A stretch of DNA of 63,377 nucleotides, filler included, from Candidatus Woesearchaeota archaeon (GTDB taxonomy: Archaea; Nanobdellota; Nanobdellia; Woesearchaeales; WJIZ01), in NCBI GenBank assembly GCA_018221205.1. It is 4 parts of 4 records of this genome, joined end to end, with 100 filler letters (N's around TTAATTAATTAA, not from the genome) between each part and the next. Parts side by side here need not be neighbours in the genome. Positions count along the whole stretch, not along the records: positions 13,707 to 36,394 come from JAAOYF010000030.1; 3 more parts are not named here. One strand, 5' to 3'. How positions within the stretch are numbered: position 1 is the stretch's first letter; the number at the start of each line of letters is the position of its first letter. The notes under the pieces are model-generated. The model worked only from the letters and a program-made list of their open reading frames with translations. It was not told where the DNA came from and made no database searches. A program made the translations under genes and the position numbers. Shown in pieces: positions 17,994 through 27,558 of this stretch.

Positions 17994-20417
17994 TTAAGGC
18001 AAGTTCTCATAACAGTTGATGCTGAACTCTACATCTGCACTGGCGACATCAATCGTCTCAACGATAAAATTCATGCCTGTTATAGTGCCGCCGAACTGGC
18101 ATTCCTGATCGGTCAATAAGAAACTAGATATATAATCAAAGATATGGTGCTCAGGATAGAATTGCTCCAAGTCGACCGTGCACATCGCAATGCCGCCGCT
18201 GGATAAAGATGAGGTGAAGCTGCTGAAAGACACAGGAGCCATCCCTTGAGTCTCGACAAAGATCTGGACATCAGGGCCGAATGCAATAGGACTGGGAAAC
18301 ATGACCTGTCCTTGAACACTTGCACCATTGGTGTTTAAAATAGCAGTATTCTCATCAACCTGTGTGAAGCCGCCTGCAAACGTTAATGTCGGACAGCGAT
18401 TGACTTGTTGAGGACCGCAATTATCATCAGGTATGGTATCACAATTTTGATCAATCCCATCCGAGCAAATTTCCGGTGCACCGGGATAGATCGTTGAATC
18501 AAAAGGATCGCAGTCTAGATCATCAATAACTCCATCTCCATCAGAATCTGGTGCGTCTAGGGCTTTGCAGATACCGCATGGTATTCCTCGTTCATTTGAG
18601 GCAAAATCACAATCGCCAGTCTGTCCAGTGGTATAATCGCACACTGGTGTTTCATCTGGGCAATCTGTATCAGTGCTGCAGCATGAATCTCCAGTAGTGC
18701 TGTCATAAGCATCAAGGCATTCATTTACCGGAGGAGGGAGTTCGCACATACATTCAGCGTTGCAGATATAGTCATCATCACAACCTCCACCATCACATTC
18801 CTCTCCTTCTTCTTTAACATCATTACCGCATTCAGGTGGTGCGATACAAGTACCGCATTGTCTACCGTATTTGCTTTCACATCCACTATTCTCAGTGCTG
18901 CAGATTCTGCCGCTATCACAATCAGTGTCTGTTGTACAACAACCTGTCTCAATAGTTACAGGTTCTGGTTGACCTACATCAACTTCCATCTCAAAGTCTG
19001 GAAGTGCACCGCAAGCTGGCAGTTGATTTGGTGGCTGGCCTCCTCCACCTCCTATTGTTCCTCCTGGCTCTTCTCTGAAATAACAATAACAATCAAAACA
19101 ATTGGAAGGAACACCTAAGAGCAGTGTGCATGCATCACTTAAGCCTTCACCCTCACATTCCTCACCTTCTTCAACAGCTCCATTGCCACAGAATTCTCCA
19201 GGTGTATAAGTATAACAATTCTCATCTATCGTGCCATCACAATTATTATCAATACCGTCGCAGATTTCCGCAGCCTGATCCTGTACTGTGTAGAGATTGC
19301 AGTCAGACCATTGGCCAGTATCTTCACACACCTGCATATAAGTCGTACATTCATCAATTTTATCACATGCCTGCTGAGTTCCTGGTTGACAGCTTTGGCA
19401 CACACTATATTCATCAATAGCAATATCACAATCATTGTCTACAGCATCGCAAACTTCATCTGCAAAAGGATTAATCTGATCATTAGTATCATCGCAATCC
19501 ACACCCTTAGCGCAACCCTCTCCAAATTCATCTCCATCATTATCAACACATGCGCCTTGGCATGCTTCATCGATCTCCCCATCACAATCATCATCTGCAC
19601 CATTACAAATTTCTGCAGCACCAGGATTGACCGTAGGGATAAAATCATTACAATCTGGAAGCCTATATTGACAAGCATCTGAAGGTATTGCCCCGTAGCC
19701 ATCCTGATCCTTATCTTCGCACAGTGCCCCTTCAAAAGTGAATCCGACAACAGGTCCGAACACTCCATGAGTGATCGAAACAACCGTCACTGAAATGCCC
19801 CCCATATAAGTGTGTGTGCCATCAATAAAGATCTCAGCAGTTTCCCCATTTACCTTGAGGATAGCTCTTCCGATCACATCATCCATATCAACGAGCTCAA
19901 ACTCGAATTCAAGGCCTTGATAGACATATATCTTTACCAAACCCAAAATAATGAAACCTGCTTCTTTGAATTCACAGGGTTGTTCATCGACGATAAAGTC
20001 ACAATTGTTATCACGGCCATCAGTACATAATTCATCCATCTGCGGATGCATCATCAGATTTGCATCATCGCAATCACCTTCAATATTGGTGAAGCCATCC
20101 CCATCATCATCAACATCATCTGATCCTGGGTATTCCACAGGATCCGTGTCATCCGGATCCTCTCCTTCTTTATAATTATCAAAATCCCGATCAACAGTTC
20201 CATAATTGGTCGCTACATAGCGTAGATCATCAAAAGTGATCTCCCCATCCTCATTTGTATCGAGATATTCGTTGGTAAATTCTGTCTTTCCGAAATGGAA
20301 TGCTACATTGACAATATCCTTGAACGTCGTCTCACCATCACGATTCACATCAGAAGGAAAAGCATAAGCTACACTGCATAATAGAATAAATAGGATGAAC
20401 ACGCTCTTTTTCTTCAT
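17994..20417 (-). CDS. Large secreted Cys/Asp-rich surface protein with dockerin-like EF-hand pair and MopE-like repeats
   Basis: Signal peptide MKKKSVFILF; DVNRDGETTFKD and DTNEDGEITFDD; repeated DxDxDG..DCxD....PGAxEICDGxDNxCDGxIDE; CGNGxVExGEEC. Confidence 0.85.
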   Translation of the reverse strand: MKKKSVFILFILLCSVAYAFPSDVNRDGETTFKDIVNVAFHFGKTEFTNEYLDTNEDGEITFDDLRYVATNYGTVDRDFDNYKEGEDPDDTDPVEYPGSDDVDDDGDGFTNIEGDCDDANLMMHPQMDELCTDGRDNNCDFIVDEQPCEFKEAGFIILGLVKIYVYQGLEFEFELVDMDDVIGRAILKVNGETAEIFIDGTHTYMGGISVTVVSITHGVFGPVVGFTFEGALCEDKDQDGYGAIPSDACQYRLPDCNDFIPTVNPGAAEICNGADDDCDGEIDEACQGACVDNDGDEFGEGCAKGVDCDDTNDQINPFADEVCDAVDNDCDIAIDEYSVCQSCQPGTQQACDKIDECTTYMQVCEDTGQWSDCNLYTVQDQAAEICDGIDNNCDGTIDENCYTYTPGEFCGNGAVEEGEECEGEGLSDACTLLLGVPSNCFDCYCYFREEPGGTIGGGGGQPPNQLPACGALPDFEMEVDVGQPEPVTIETGCCTTDTDCDSGRICSTENSGCESKYGRQCGTCIAPPECGNDVKEEGEECDGGGCDDDYICNAECMCELPPPVNECLDAYDSTTGDSCCSTDTDCPDETPVCDYTTGQTGDCDFASNERGIPCGICKALDAPDSDGDGVIDDLDCDPFDSTIYPGAPEICSDGIDQNCDTIPDDNCGPQQVNRCPTLTFAGGFTQVDENTAILNTNGASVQGQVMFPSPIAFGPDVQIFVETQGMAPVSFSSFTSSLSSGGIAMCTVDLEQFYPEHHIFDYISSFLLTDQECQFGGTITGMNFIVETIDVASADVEFSINCYENLP

Positions 20418-20462
20418 TAGAGGATTTCTTTGATTTTTCCTTAATAAAGATTTCGATTTCAT

Positions 20463-20576
20463 CATGAAAATCCATCATCGGTGTCCTACCCCTCACTTTA
20501 GTGGGGGGTTTAATCGGACACCTCCATCTATAGGTGGATTTTTAGGACACTTAGAAATCCTTAGGATTTCTAGTGT
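20463..20576. repeat. Structured intergenic element, family I, copy 2
   Basis: AAAATCCATC/GGTGGATTTT, GGTGTCC/GGACACC and ACCCCTCAC/GTGGGGGGT nested stems, then ACACTTAGAAATCC-TTA-GGATTTCTAGTGT. Confidence 0.75.
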
Positions 20577-20641
20577 GCCAAAATTCCAAAGCAATTTTGA
20601 GCATGCTCGGAGTCCAGTCCATTTAGGCCCGACTCCGACAT
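20575..20641. repeat. GAGCATGCTC-centred double-hairpin (REP-like) unit
   Basis: GTGCCAAAATT..AATTTTGAGCATGCTCGGAGTC..GACTCCGACAT; same architecture as the cores at 47174 and 49237. Confidence 0.6.
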
Positions 20642-20674
20642 AAGCTTTAAAAATCGTAAGAATTCTCAGGCACT

Positions 20675-21559
20675 ATGGACGAAGAAATCCTTGAGAAACA
20701 GAAGAAAGCAGGCAGGATAGCGAAAGAATGCCTGCTCTATGGAAAGGATCTTATCAAGAAAGGCGCTTCTATGGAAGCTGTTACGGATAAGATAGAAGAT
20801 AAAATCTTCCAGTTAGGTGCCCGACCAGCCTTTCCTACGCAGTTGAGCGCTGATGAGATCGCAGCCCATTATTGTGCATTCAAAGACGACTCCATAATTT
20901 TCGAAGACCAGCTTGTTTGTTTAGATATCGGTGTGCATGTCGACGGCTATATAGGGGATAATGCGCTGAGTGTCGATCTCTCAGGAAACAATACAGACCT
21001 GCTAAAAGCATCCAAAGAAGCATTGAAAGCAGCAACAGAGATTCTTGCTCTGGGTGTCAAGACAGCAGAGATAGGTAAAGCAATAGAGACAACCATAACC
21101 AATGCAGGATTCCAGCCAATAAGAAATCTTTCAGGACACGGCCTTGCCCAGTATAATGTCCATAATCCGCCTACCATACCCAATTATGATACAAAAGATG
21201 ATATCAAGCTTGAAGAAGGCTTTATCGCGATAGAGCCATTCGCTACAACCGGTGCTGGAATGATCCATGAGCTGGGAGATCCGAATGTCTTTGTCATGAA
21301 AGCCAAGAAATCAGTCCGTACAGGTTTTGTCAGAAACATCCAGAAAGAGATAGAATCGTATGAAGGCCTTCCTTTTACCAAGAGATGGCTCTTGAAGAAG
21401 TTCTCAGATGCCCAGGTGAGCTACGCGTTCAAGCAATTCAAGCAGCTTGGCATTCTCAAAGAATACCCTCCATTGGTGGAAAGAAGCAACGGTTTGGTCA
21501 GCCAGGCAGAAAACTCGTTCTATATTGGTGATGAAGTCATCCAGCTTACTTCTGTTTAA
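20675..21559 (+). CDS. map: Methionine aminopeptidase, type II
   Basis: AFP, AAHY, LDIGVHVDGYIGDNA, NLSGH, AIEPFAT, LKEYPPL, VSQAE. Confidence 0.96.
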   Translation: MDEEILEKQKKAGRIAKECLLYGKDLIKKGASMEAVTDKIEDKIFQLGARPAFPTQLSADEIAAHYCAFKDDSIIFEDQLVCLDIGVHVDGYIGDNALSVDLSGNNTDLLKASKEALKAATEILALGVKTAEIGKAIETTITNAGFQPIRNLSGHGLAQYNVHNPPTIPNYDTKDDIKLEEGFIAIEPFATTGAGMIHELGDPNVFVMKAKKSVRTGFVRNIQKEIESYEGLPFTKRWLLKKFSDAQVSYAFKQFKQLGILKEYPPLVERSNGLVSQAENSFYIGDEVIQLTSV

Positions 21560-24188
21560 GTTTTTTAAGATTCATATCATATCCTATCTGTGCAGTTGAC
21601 TTCCTCAAAGTTGCCTCGACATTAGAAGGGTCAATTTGAAAAGCATTTCCTATCTCCGACGTAGGACGACCTTGCACAAAATACAATATCATGGCTAATC
21701 TCGCTTGATCGGGAAGAGATCGTGATAGTTCCCTAATATGATCAATAGGAAATGTTCTTGAAGATTGAATACCTGATTTGCCTAAAGAACCTAAAGTGGA
21801 TATTTCCTCATCCAGCTGGGTATTGATATAAGCATCTAAAACTCCTAAGAAATCATCGATATGGGCATCTTCAACCATCATGATAGGGTCATCAGGTGTA
21901 TTGATATTTCTCAAGTAGTCCAATGTAAATATTTCATCTTGGAGAAACGTATCAGGTCTCAAGATCCATCGTGATCTAAGAACTGAAGAGATACCTTCTT
22001 TATCCGCAAGATACTCTCTGACAAATTGACCTGCATAAGAAAGTCCTTCAGTTTCAGTTGCCAATTTCTCAAGTGAAGAAGTATGGAAAATACTTTTTTG
22101 AGGATGTCGTCTATCAAGCTTCGCTGGATCAATATAATTGACTGCCATCAAACGCTGGAGAAAATAAGGTACAAGATTATAATGAGCACATGCATCAGGC
22201 ACACTCATCCGTTTAGGTAGGACATCAGTAACCTTAAAATCCTCTTGTCTTTCTTCGGCTTCTTGAGGTGGTGCTTCAGGAAGAGCTACTTCACCTTTGA
22301 ACACTTGTTCCAGCATTTGCAATGGAACTTTTCTCTGGCCTTCAGGAGCAGGATGATCCTTGGTAGATCCTTTTTTCTGCGCCAAATGGGCTGGTATGAT
22401 ATTACCGTATTTTTTTCCGCCTCCAAGCCATTGCTTTTCCACTAACGCTTTAAACGTATTGATATAAGTCTTATCAATAACAAACACATGGCCTCCTTCA
22501 CCGACTTCGCTGACATATTCTAACTGTGGAAGATGGATGGCCAAACGTGCTTCAATATTCAATACAAATTGCCCGGCAATTGTCCGTTGGTTCCTTTTTC
22601 CTGCATGGCGTTCATTGGCTAATTCCCTAAGAACGTCATACGCAAACACTGTGCCTTTGAAATTCGAAACCATCTCCTTAAGATCTTGACCAAGATAAAG
22701 TCCGCTTTCAGCATCGGGATTAAGAAGACCTGCTCGTTGCATCCTATTAGTGAGGGCACTAGACCATCCCCCTATTTCTCTGATTTGTGGTTCACCATAA
22801 AGCCTGCCTTTGGAGAACGTAGATGGATGTCCATTACCATCGTAGCCGAGTAATTTGGTAAGTGTCTCTGTTCCCCGGAAAGTCGATCTTGTCTGCTCAC
22901 CCATCCTAAGGACATATTCATCAAGTCCATCTGCATGACCATCTAGCAGCTGTCTGGTCATTTCAATTGCTGTCGCATCCATTGCCCCCATTCTCATAGA
23001 GTGTAGTAAAGGCGAGGTCTGTCCTTTAGGGAGACGATAAAAAGGATTATCTACAGGAAAGTCAAAGCCTTGAGGAGTAAGTGCAGCCAATGCCCCGTTA
23101 TCTACAGCCTCGACAAGCCTGATTGATTCCTTTCCTTGGATCACTACCCTTTCAGTATCAGGAAGTGTCGCTCTGATATCATCGAGTTCATCAAAAGTTT
23201 TATCCAACTCCTCCTGTGCTTGCGCAACAATTTTTGGTATTCTATAACGTGACTCCTTTCTTCGGCTATGCCGGAACGATTGTTGAATGTCGCTCCTCAT
23301 GCTATTGACATTTGCAGTGAGAACTGCCTTCACTCCATGTACAACACTATTCGATTTGACATCAGACCAATCATAACCAATATGGCTATGGAGACCTGGA
23401 GCCTCAACAATTCCCAAAGTCTTGTCGGTAACAATACGTTGCATATCAGGAGTCATAAAAGTAGTATGATCTCCAACTTTTCTCCCCCGTACATAAACGA
23501 GAATCCCGGAAAGAGGTGGCCTGCCCTTAAAGACATGGTACTTTTGTGTCACTGTTCCCGCACTCGTCTCATCCTTGAATTGATATACTGTTTCTGAATT
23601 AATATCCCCTGGAGTGATCCTTACATTGTTCACTATTAACTCTACACTGTCAAGTAAAGGAAGAAATTCCCAGAGGTAATAATTAGCAAGTTGTTCCGCT
23701 AAGGTACTAAAGTCACCCCCAAAATTCTTGAGCTTTCTCAATACGAGTGTGGTGCCGTGGTCTTCAGGGTCTGCTTCGAGCACTTGATAATCAAAACCCC
23801 TAAAATCCTCTCCATCTATGAATGGTATGGCGGGGGCAAAAATCGTTTCTCCTTTTTGAGTAGTAGTAAATCCGATCTCCCCACAAATCTCTTCTAGTAT
23901 AGATGTTTCAATTCCGAACTGGCCGATGGTTTCCTCGTCATCAGGTGCAAGATGTTCATGATCTCCTCTCCTCCAGAATGCATGGATTCCCCTCTCCTCG
24001 TCCATGCCTATACCATTATCTTTAACAGTCAGACTATCATTGAGTGCTAAAACCTCTATACGTGTTGAACGCGCATCAAGAGCATTGGTCACTAATCCTC
24101 CGGTTCCCTGTTCAAAACTAGAAGGCAATGAAGAAGAGAACCCTTTCATATAACCAGGGAATACTTTGCTCTTGATTTCGTTGGCCAT
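21546..24188 (-). CDS. GHKL/MORC-like ATPase-domain protein with two MerR-like HTH modules and a C-terminal sigma70 region-4-like HTH
   Basis: GLVTNALDA, VKDNGIGMD, IGQFGIE, HGTTLVL; C-terminal LPDQARLAMILYFVQGRPTSEIGNAFQIDPSNVEATL. Confidence 0.7.
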   Translation of the reverse strand: MANEIKSKVFPGYMKGFSSSLPSSFEQGTGGLVTNALDARSTRIEVLALNDSLTVKDNGIGMDEERGIHAFWRRGDHEHLAPDDEETIGQFGIETSILEEICGEIGFTTTQKGETIFAPAIPFIDGEDFRGFDYQVLEADPEDHGTTLVLRKLKNFGGDFSTLAEQLANYYLWEFLPLLDSVELIVNNVRITPGDINSETVYQFKDETSAGTVTQKYHVFKGRPPLSGILVYVRGRKVGDHTTFMTPDMQRIVTDKTLGIVEAPGLHSHIGYDWSDVKSNSVVHGVKAVLTANVNSMRSDIQQSFRHSRRKESRYRIPKIVAQAQEELDKTFDELDDIRATLPDTERVVIQGKESIRLVEAVDNGALAALTPQGFDFPVDNPFYRLPKGQTSPLLHSMRMGAMDATAIEMTRQLLDGHADGLDEYVLRMGEQTRSTFRGTETLTKLLGYDGNGHPSTFSKGRLYGEPQIREIGGWSSALTNRMQRAGLLNPDAESGLYLGQDLKEMVSNFKGTVFAYDVLRELANERHAGKRNQRTIAGQFVLNIEARLAIHLPQLEYVSEVGEGGHVFVIDKTYINTFKALVEKQWLGGGKKYGNIIPAHLAQKKGSTKDHPAPEGQRKVPLQMLEQVFKGEVALPEAPPQEAEERQEDFKVTDVLPKRMSVPDACAHYNLVPYFLQRLMAVNYIDPAKLDRRHPQKSIFHTSSLEKLATETEGLSYAGQFVREYLADKEGISSVLRSRWILRPDTFLQDEIFTLDYLRNINTPDDPIMMVEDAHIDDFLGVLDAYINTQLDEEISTLGSLGKSGIQSSRTFPIDHIRELSRSLPDQARLAMILYFVQGRPTSEIGNAFQIDPSNVEATLRKSTAQIGYDMNLKKLKQK

Positions 24189-25960
24189 TATTTCACTACT
24201 AGTCTTCGATAATGTCTTCTCGCTTTATCTTCATGCCCTCTTTTAATCCATTGGAATGGTTGTGAAACTCCCATTTCCTTTGCCCAAGAAGGACATTTCA
24301 TTTTAGCTATGCGCGCTTCATAGGGATGAAGTCCTGCACCTGTTCCTTCAGTAGTACGACTTCGCATATTATAGCCGTCAGGGTCAAGATGCATCATTAA
24401 TGGAGTGTATCCTTCAACCTTCTTTAGGGCGGCTAAAATATCATTGCGAAGAAATTTGACAATCACTGCGTCAGGACGTTTCACTCCCTTGAGTATGCCA
24501 CTAGCATACATTCCCCGAACAGTTGGTACATTCAGACCGCTGTGATAAGCAACTTCCTCCTGAGAATATGCTCGATGCTTATCAAATCTCACTTCGGAGA
24601 CAGGCACAGCGACATTTTGGCGAGGGCTAAGCATCAACCGCACAGCGGTATCTATGCCTTCAGTGTCAGAAAAGAAATGCTGAGCAGCCCTCCATCGCGC
24701 ATTATCAAGCTCATCGAGATATTCTAGGGACCCGTCCATTTCAGATCGGACATAAGCATCATTAGCAGCATAGAGTATCCCTGTTATGAGTCGATCGACA
24801 AAACCGCCTTTCCCTCCCCTAGTTAAAAAAGGGGCTGCGGCATTGATATAGATTGTTTTTCCATCCATTCGGGCCATTTGCTTCGAATCATCATCTACTT
24901 CCCATTCAAAGGAAAAACTCGCGGGACTGCGTTGCGTGCCTACTCCTGTGTTAAAGGCCTGTTGCGCCCTCTTCAATGAGCTTTTGAGTGTCGGGAAAAT
25001 TCGATCCTGATCTGAAAAATACCTTCTCGACCCCACAAGATTATCGATACTATAAGAGATTTCGCCAAGAAATCTTCTGAATACATCCTGAAAACTTTGG
25101 TATGCTTCGCTGTCTTGCTTAAAGCGAAGTCCGCCTAACCCCAAGCTATCTTTCATTTTACTGACATCAATCATGCCCAGTATTCTGTTTTGGGCTCGAA
25201 AGGGAAGTGCACTCATAAACTCAGATGGATTTCCTACTGTTCTTCCATCCATATAGAGATAGAGGCCTGATGCCTGAATATCTAATCTGGCATTGTAATA
25301 TACTGATCCTTGTACTCTGCCTACTCCGGGTACTATTTCATCAAAAACAAACTCTGTGCAGTACTGTATGATTCCGCGTTTCGAAACAGGTTTATCTCCG
25401 ACATAAAGGTCAAACCCTGGTTGACCTGGAAATCCCCATTGCAATGTTGAGAAGAGCTGATCAAACTCAAAATCATGCTTCAGCCCTGATAGAGTAATCC
25501 TTGTTCCCACTAATCCTTCAGTATTCTTTTTTGTCCGATACTTAAAAGTATGGGAACGTGCAGGATCAGCAAAAGATCCTCGAGCAATGTGGACTGTTGT
25601 ATCACCATAAGATTCAATGAGGAATTCAGTAGCAAGTGCCTCAAGGGCGACACGTGGTGCGATCCCTGTATCGATCCTCACTCTTCTTCCAGGAGTACGA
25701 ATCGGAAAACCAGGGTCTCCGCCTCGTCTAAGAAATACCTCTAACTCCTTTTTATCAAGTACTGCTCCATCATCATCAAGAACAAGGGTATCATCAACAC
25801 ATTCTGCACTGAATCCTGAAGAATCCCTATTCCAAGACTCTGATCCGAGATCGATAATAGGGCGGTATCCATCAGGATAGACAGAACGGGCCATGCTGCT
25901 TTCTAGAGAATCCCCTATAGTTGGAGTTAACGATCCTGTTCTCAGTACTTTTTCGCTCAA
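24188..25960 (-). CDS. Degenerate GHKL/MORC-like paralog with MerR-like HTH module
   Basis: DLGSESWNRD, LDDDGAVLD, DTGIA, VGTRITLSGL, GLYLYMDGRTVG align with the downstream paralog. TTG start; stop overlaps the next ATG. Confidence 0.65.
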   Translation of the reverse strand: MSEKVLRTGSLTPTIGDSLESSMARSVYPDGYRPIIDLGSESWNRDSSGFSAECVDDTLVLDDDGAVLDKKELEVFLRRGGDPGFPIRTPGRRVRIDTGIAPRVALEALATEFLIESYGDTTVHIARGSFADPARSHTFKYRTKKNTEGLVGTRITLSGLKHDFEFDQLFSTLQWGFPGQPGFDLYVGDKPVSKRGIIQYCTEFVFDEIVPGVGRVQGSVYYNARLDIQASGLYLYMDGRTVGNPSEFMSALPFRAQNRILGMIDVSKMKDSLGLGGLRFKQDSEAYQSFQDVFRRFLGEISYSIDNLVGSRRYFSDQDRIFPTLKSSLKRAQQAFNTGVGTQRSPASFSFEWEVDDDSKQMARMDGKTIYINAAAPFLTRGGKGGFVDRLITGILYAANDAYVRSEMDGSLEYLDELDNARWRAAQHFFSDTEGIDTAVRLMLSPRQNVAVPVSEVRFDKHRAYSQEEVAYHSGLNVPTVRGMYASGILKGVKRPDAVIVKFLRNDILAALKKVEGYTPLMMHLDPDGYNMRSRTTEGTGAGLHPYEARIAKMKCPSWAKEMGVSQPFQWIKRGHEDKARRHYRRLVVK

Positions 25961-26083
25961 TTTACCACTTATTAAGAGAGATTACCATACATAAAGCTTA
26001 AGATTTATAAAAATTATTAATATCTAATATAGAGGTTCTACCGAAGCGCAATTTATTTAAACCTCATTCTTCAAAAAACCACC

Positions 26084-27325
26084 ATGGATTATCGAAAGTA
26101 TAAGGCAGAGCAGGAAAAGAAGAAGAAAGTCCATGAAAAACACCATAAAGTGGCATTGGTGGCAGTTACCATAGCCGCTATCCTGGTTGTTTCAGTCATC
26201 TCCAATTTCTTCGGCTCTGAGACAACAGGGTATGTCAGCCTCACAAGAGATAAAGTCGAACTGAATGAGCTTGCCTATACAGATTCTGAATTCCTTCTGA
26301 GTGCTGATGCACCATTGACCATGTCTTCAGCAAGGATTTCCGGCAAGATCCTTGGCAGCGGCTCTGTCAAGGTCTATCTAGTCAATGACGAAGAGAAAAA
26401 ACTGGTCTATACCAATGAGATAAGGCCAAAACACATTCCATTGATAACTGGTTTTGCAGTGAAGAGTGAATATCTGGATTATGTGCCTGAATCAAGGCTC
26501 CGGGTCAACCTGGATAATCTTCAGATCATAGGAAAGGGCAACACCCTGACAGGCATCCTTCTGCAATCTGAAGGAAATCCGCAGGGCATGTATGTAGAAG
26601 ATGCCAGACTGTCTTGGACTCCTGATAATGGTGAGCATATTGAAGGGATAACCATAAACGATGTTGAGTTCTGGGGATATGGAAAAGCAGGTTTTCCAGT
26701 GGAAAAACAGCCTTCTGGCTCAGCGCTGAACGGCTGGGGCCAGAAGCTGCCTGAAAACACGCCGAGAAGGATAAGCAGCATTGATTTTGATGCTCCTATC
26801 CAGGACAAAGAGATCACCATAGAGATCATGTTCCATGATTATCTGCCTGGTTTCAGATTAGCAGATGAACGGAGTGTTAAGATATACATCGACCTCTCAG
26901 GGAGCAAAGAATCTTATGTCGAAGAGGATGGCCAGAGAATCCAGACATTTGATTTAGTGAAGATTGAGCTGCCCGAAGTGAATTTCACCACTCCTGATCC
27001 AATAGATGAGACTGAATGGACAGTCAATCCATTATACCCTGGCTTTGAGGCAACTGATGATGTTGACGGCCGCATCAGGAAAAGAAAGGTATTGGGTACA
27101 ATCGCATTTGCATCTACTCCAGACGCGATTATAAGCTTCCAGGTCATAGAGAATCCCCTAGCAAGAGATATTTTTGAGCAGACTCCTATTGATACTATAA
27201 CAGAGATTCTGAGCGAGTGTGAAGAGACCTGCGTCTTAGACCCTCTGCTCTTAGACGAATATGAATTCGAATTTGAGATCGAAGAAGGCACCGCAATTAA
27301 TGTGTCGACTATAGAGTTTTCCTGA
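26084..27325 (+). CDS. Hypothetical membrane-anchored extracellular protein
   Basis: Basic N-terminus, single TM, TTGYVS motif, C-terminal CEETC. Confidence 0.75.
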   Translation: MDYRKYKAEQEKKKKVHEKHHKVALVAVTIAAILVVSVISNFFGSETTGYVSLTRDKVELNELAYTDSEFLLSADAPLTMSSARISGKILGSGSVKVYLVNDEEKKLVYTNEIRPKHIPLITGFAVKSEYLDYVPESRLRVNLDNLQIIGKGNTLTGILLQSEGNPQGMYVEDARLSWTPDNGEHIEGITINDVEFWGYGKAGFPVEKQPSGSALNGWGQKLPENTPRRISSIDFDAPIQDKEITIEIMFHDYLPGFRLADERSVKIYIDLSGSKESYVEEDGQRIQTFDLVKIELPEVNFTTPDPIDETEWTVNPLYPGFEATDDVDGRIRKRKVLGTIAFASTPDAIISFQVIENPLARDIFEQTPIDTITEILSECEETCVLDPLLLDEYEFEFEIEEGTAINVSTIEFS

Positions 27326-27327
27326 AG

Positions 27328-27558
27328 ATGCTATACCCAGAACCGAGAAAAGTAGTGATATATGCAGCAGTAATAGGCACCACTCTCTTAGTATCTTTTC
27401 TTACCCTGCTAAAAGCCCGTTCTGGCATAACGGGTTATGTGATCAGAGAGACAACAACCGATCAGATTGGATTATTTGTAGTCTTCTTGGCCATAGCATT
27501 TGTCGCAGCTGGGATGTTCGTCCTCTCATCCCTCTACAAAAGATATCATCGATATTAG
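27328..27558 (+). CDS. Small 2-TM membrane protein
   Basis: Two hydrophobic helices flanking ITGYVI. Confidence 0.65.
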   Translation: MLYPEPRKVVIYAAVIGTTLLVSFLTLLKARSGITGYVIRETTTDQIGLFVVFLAIAFVAAGMFVLSSLYKRYHRY

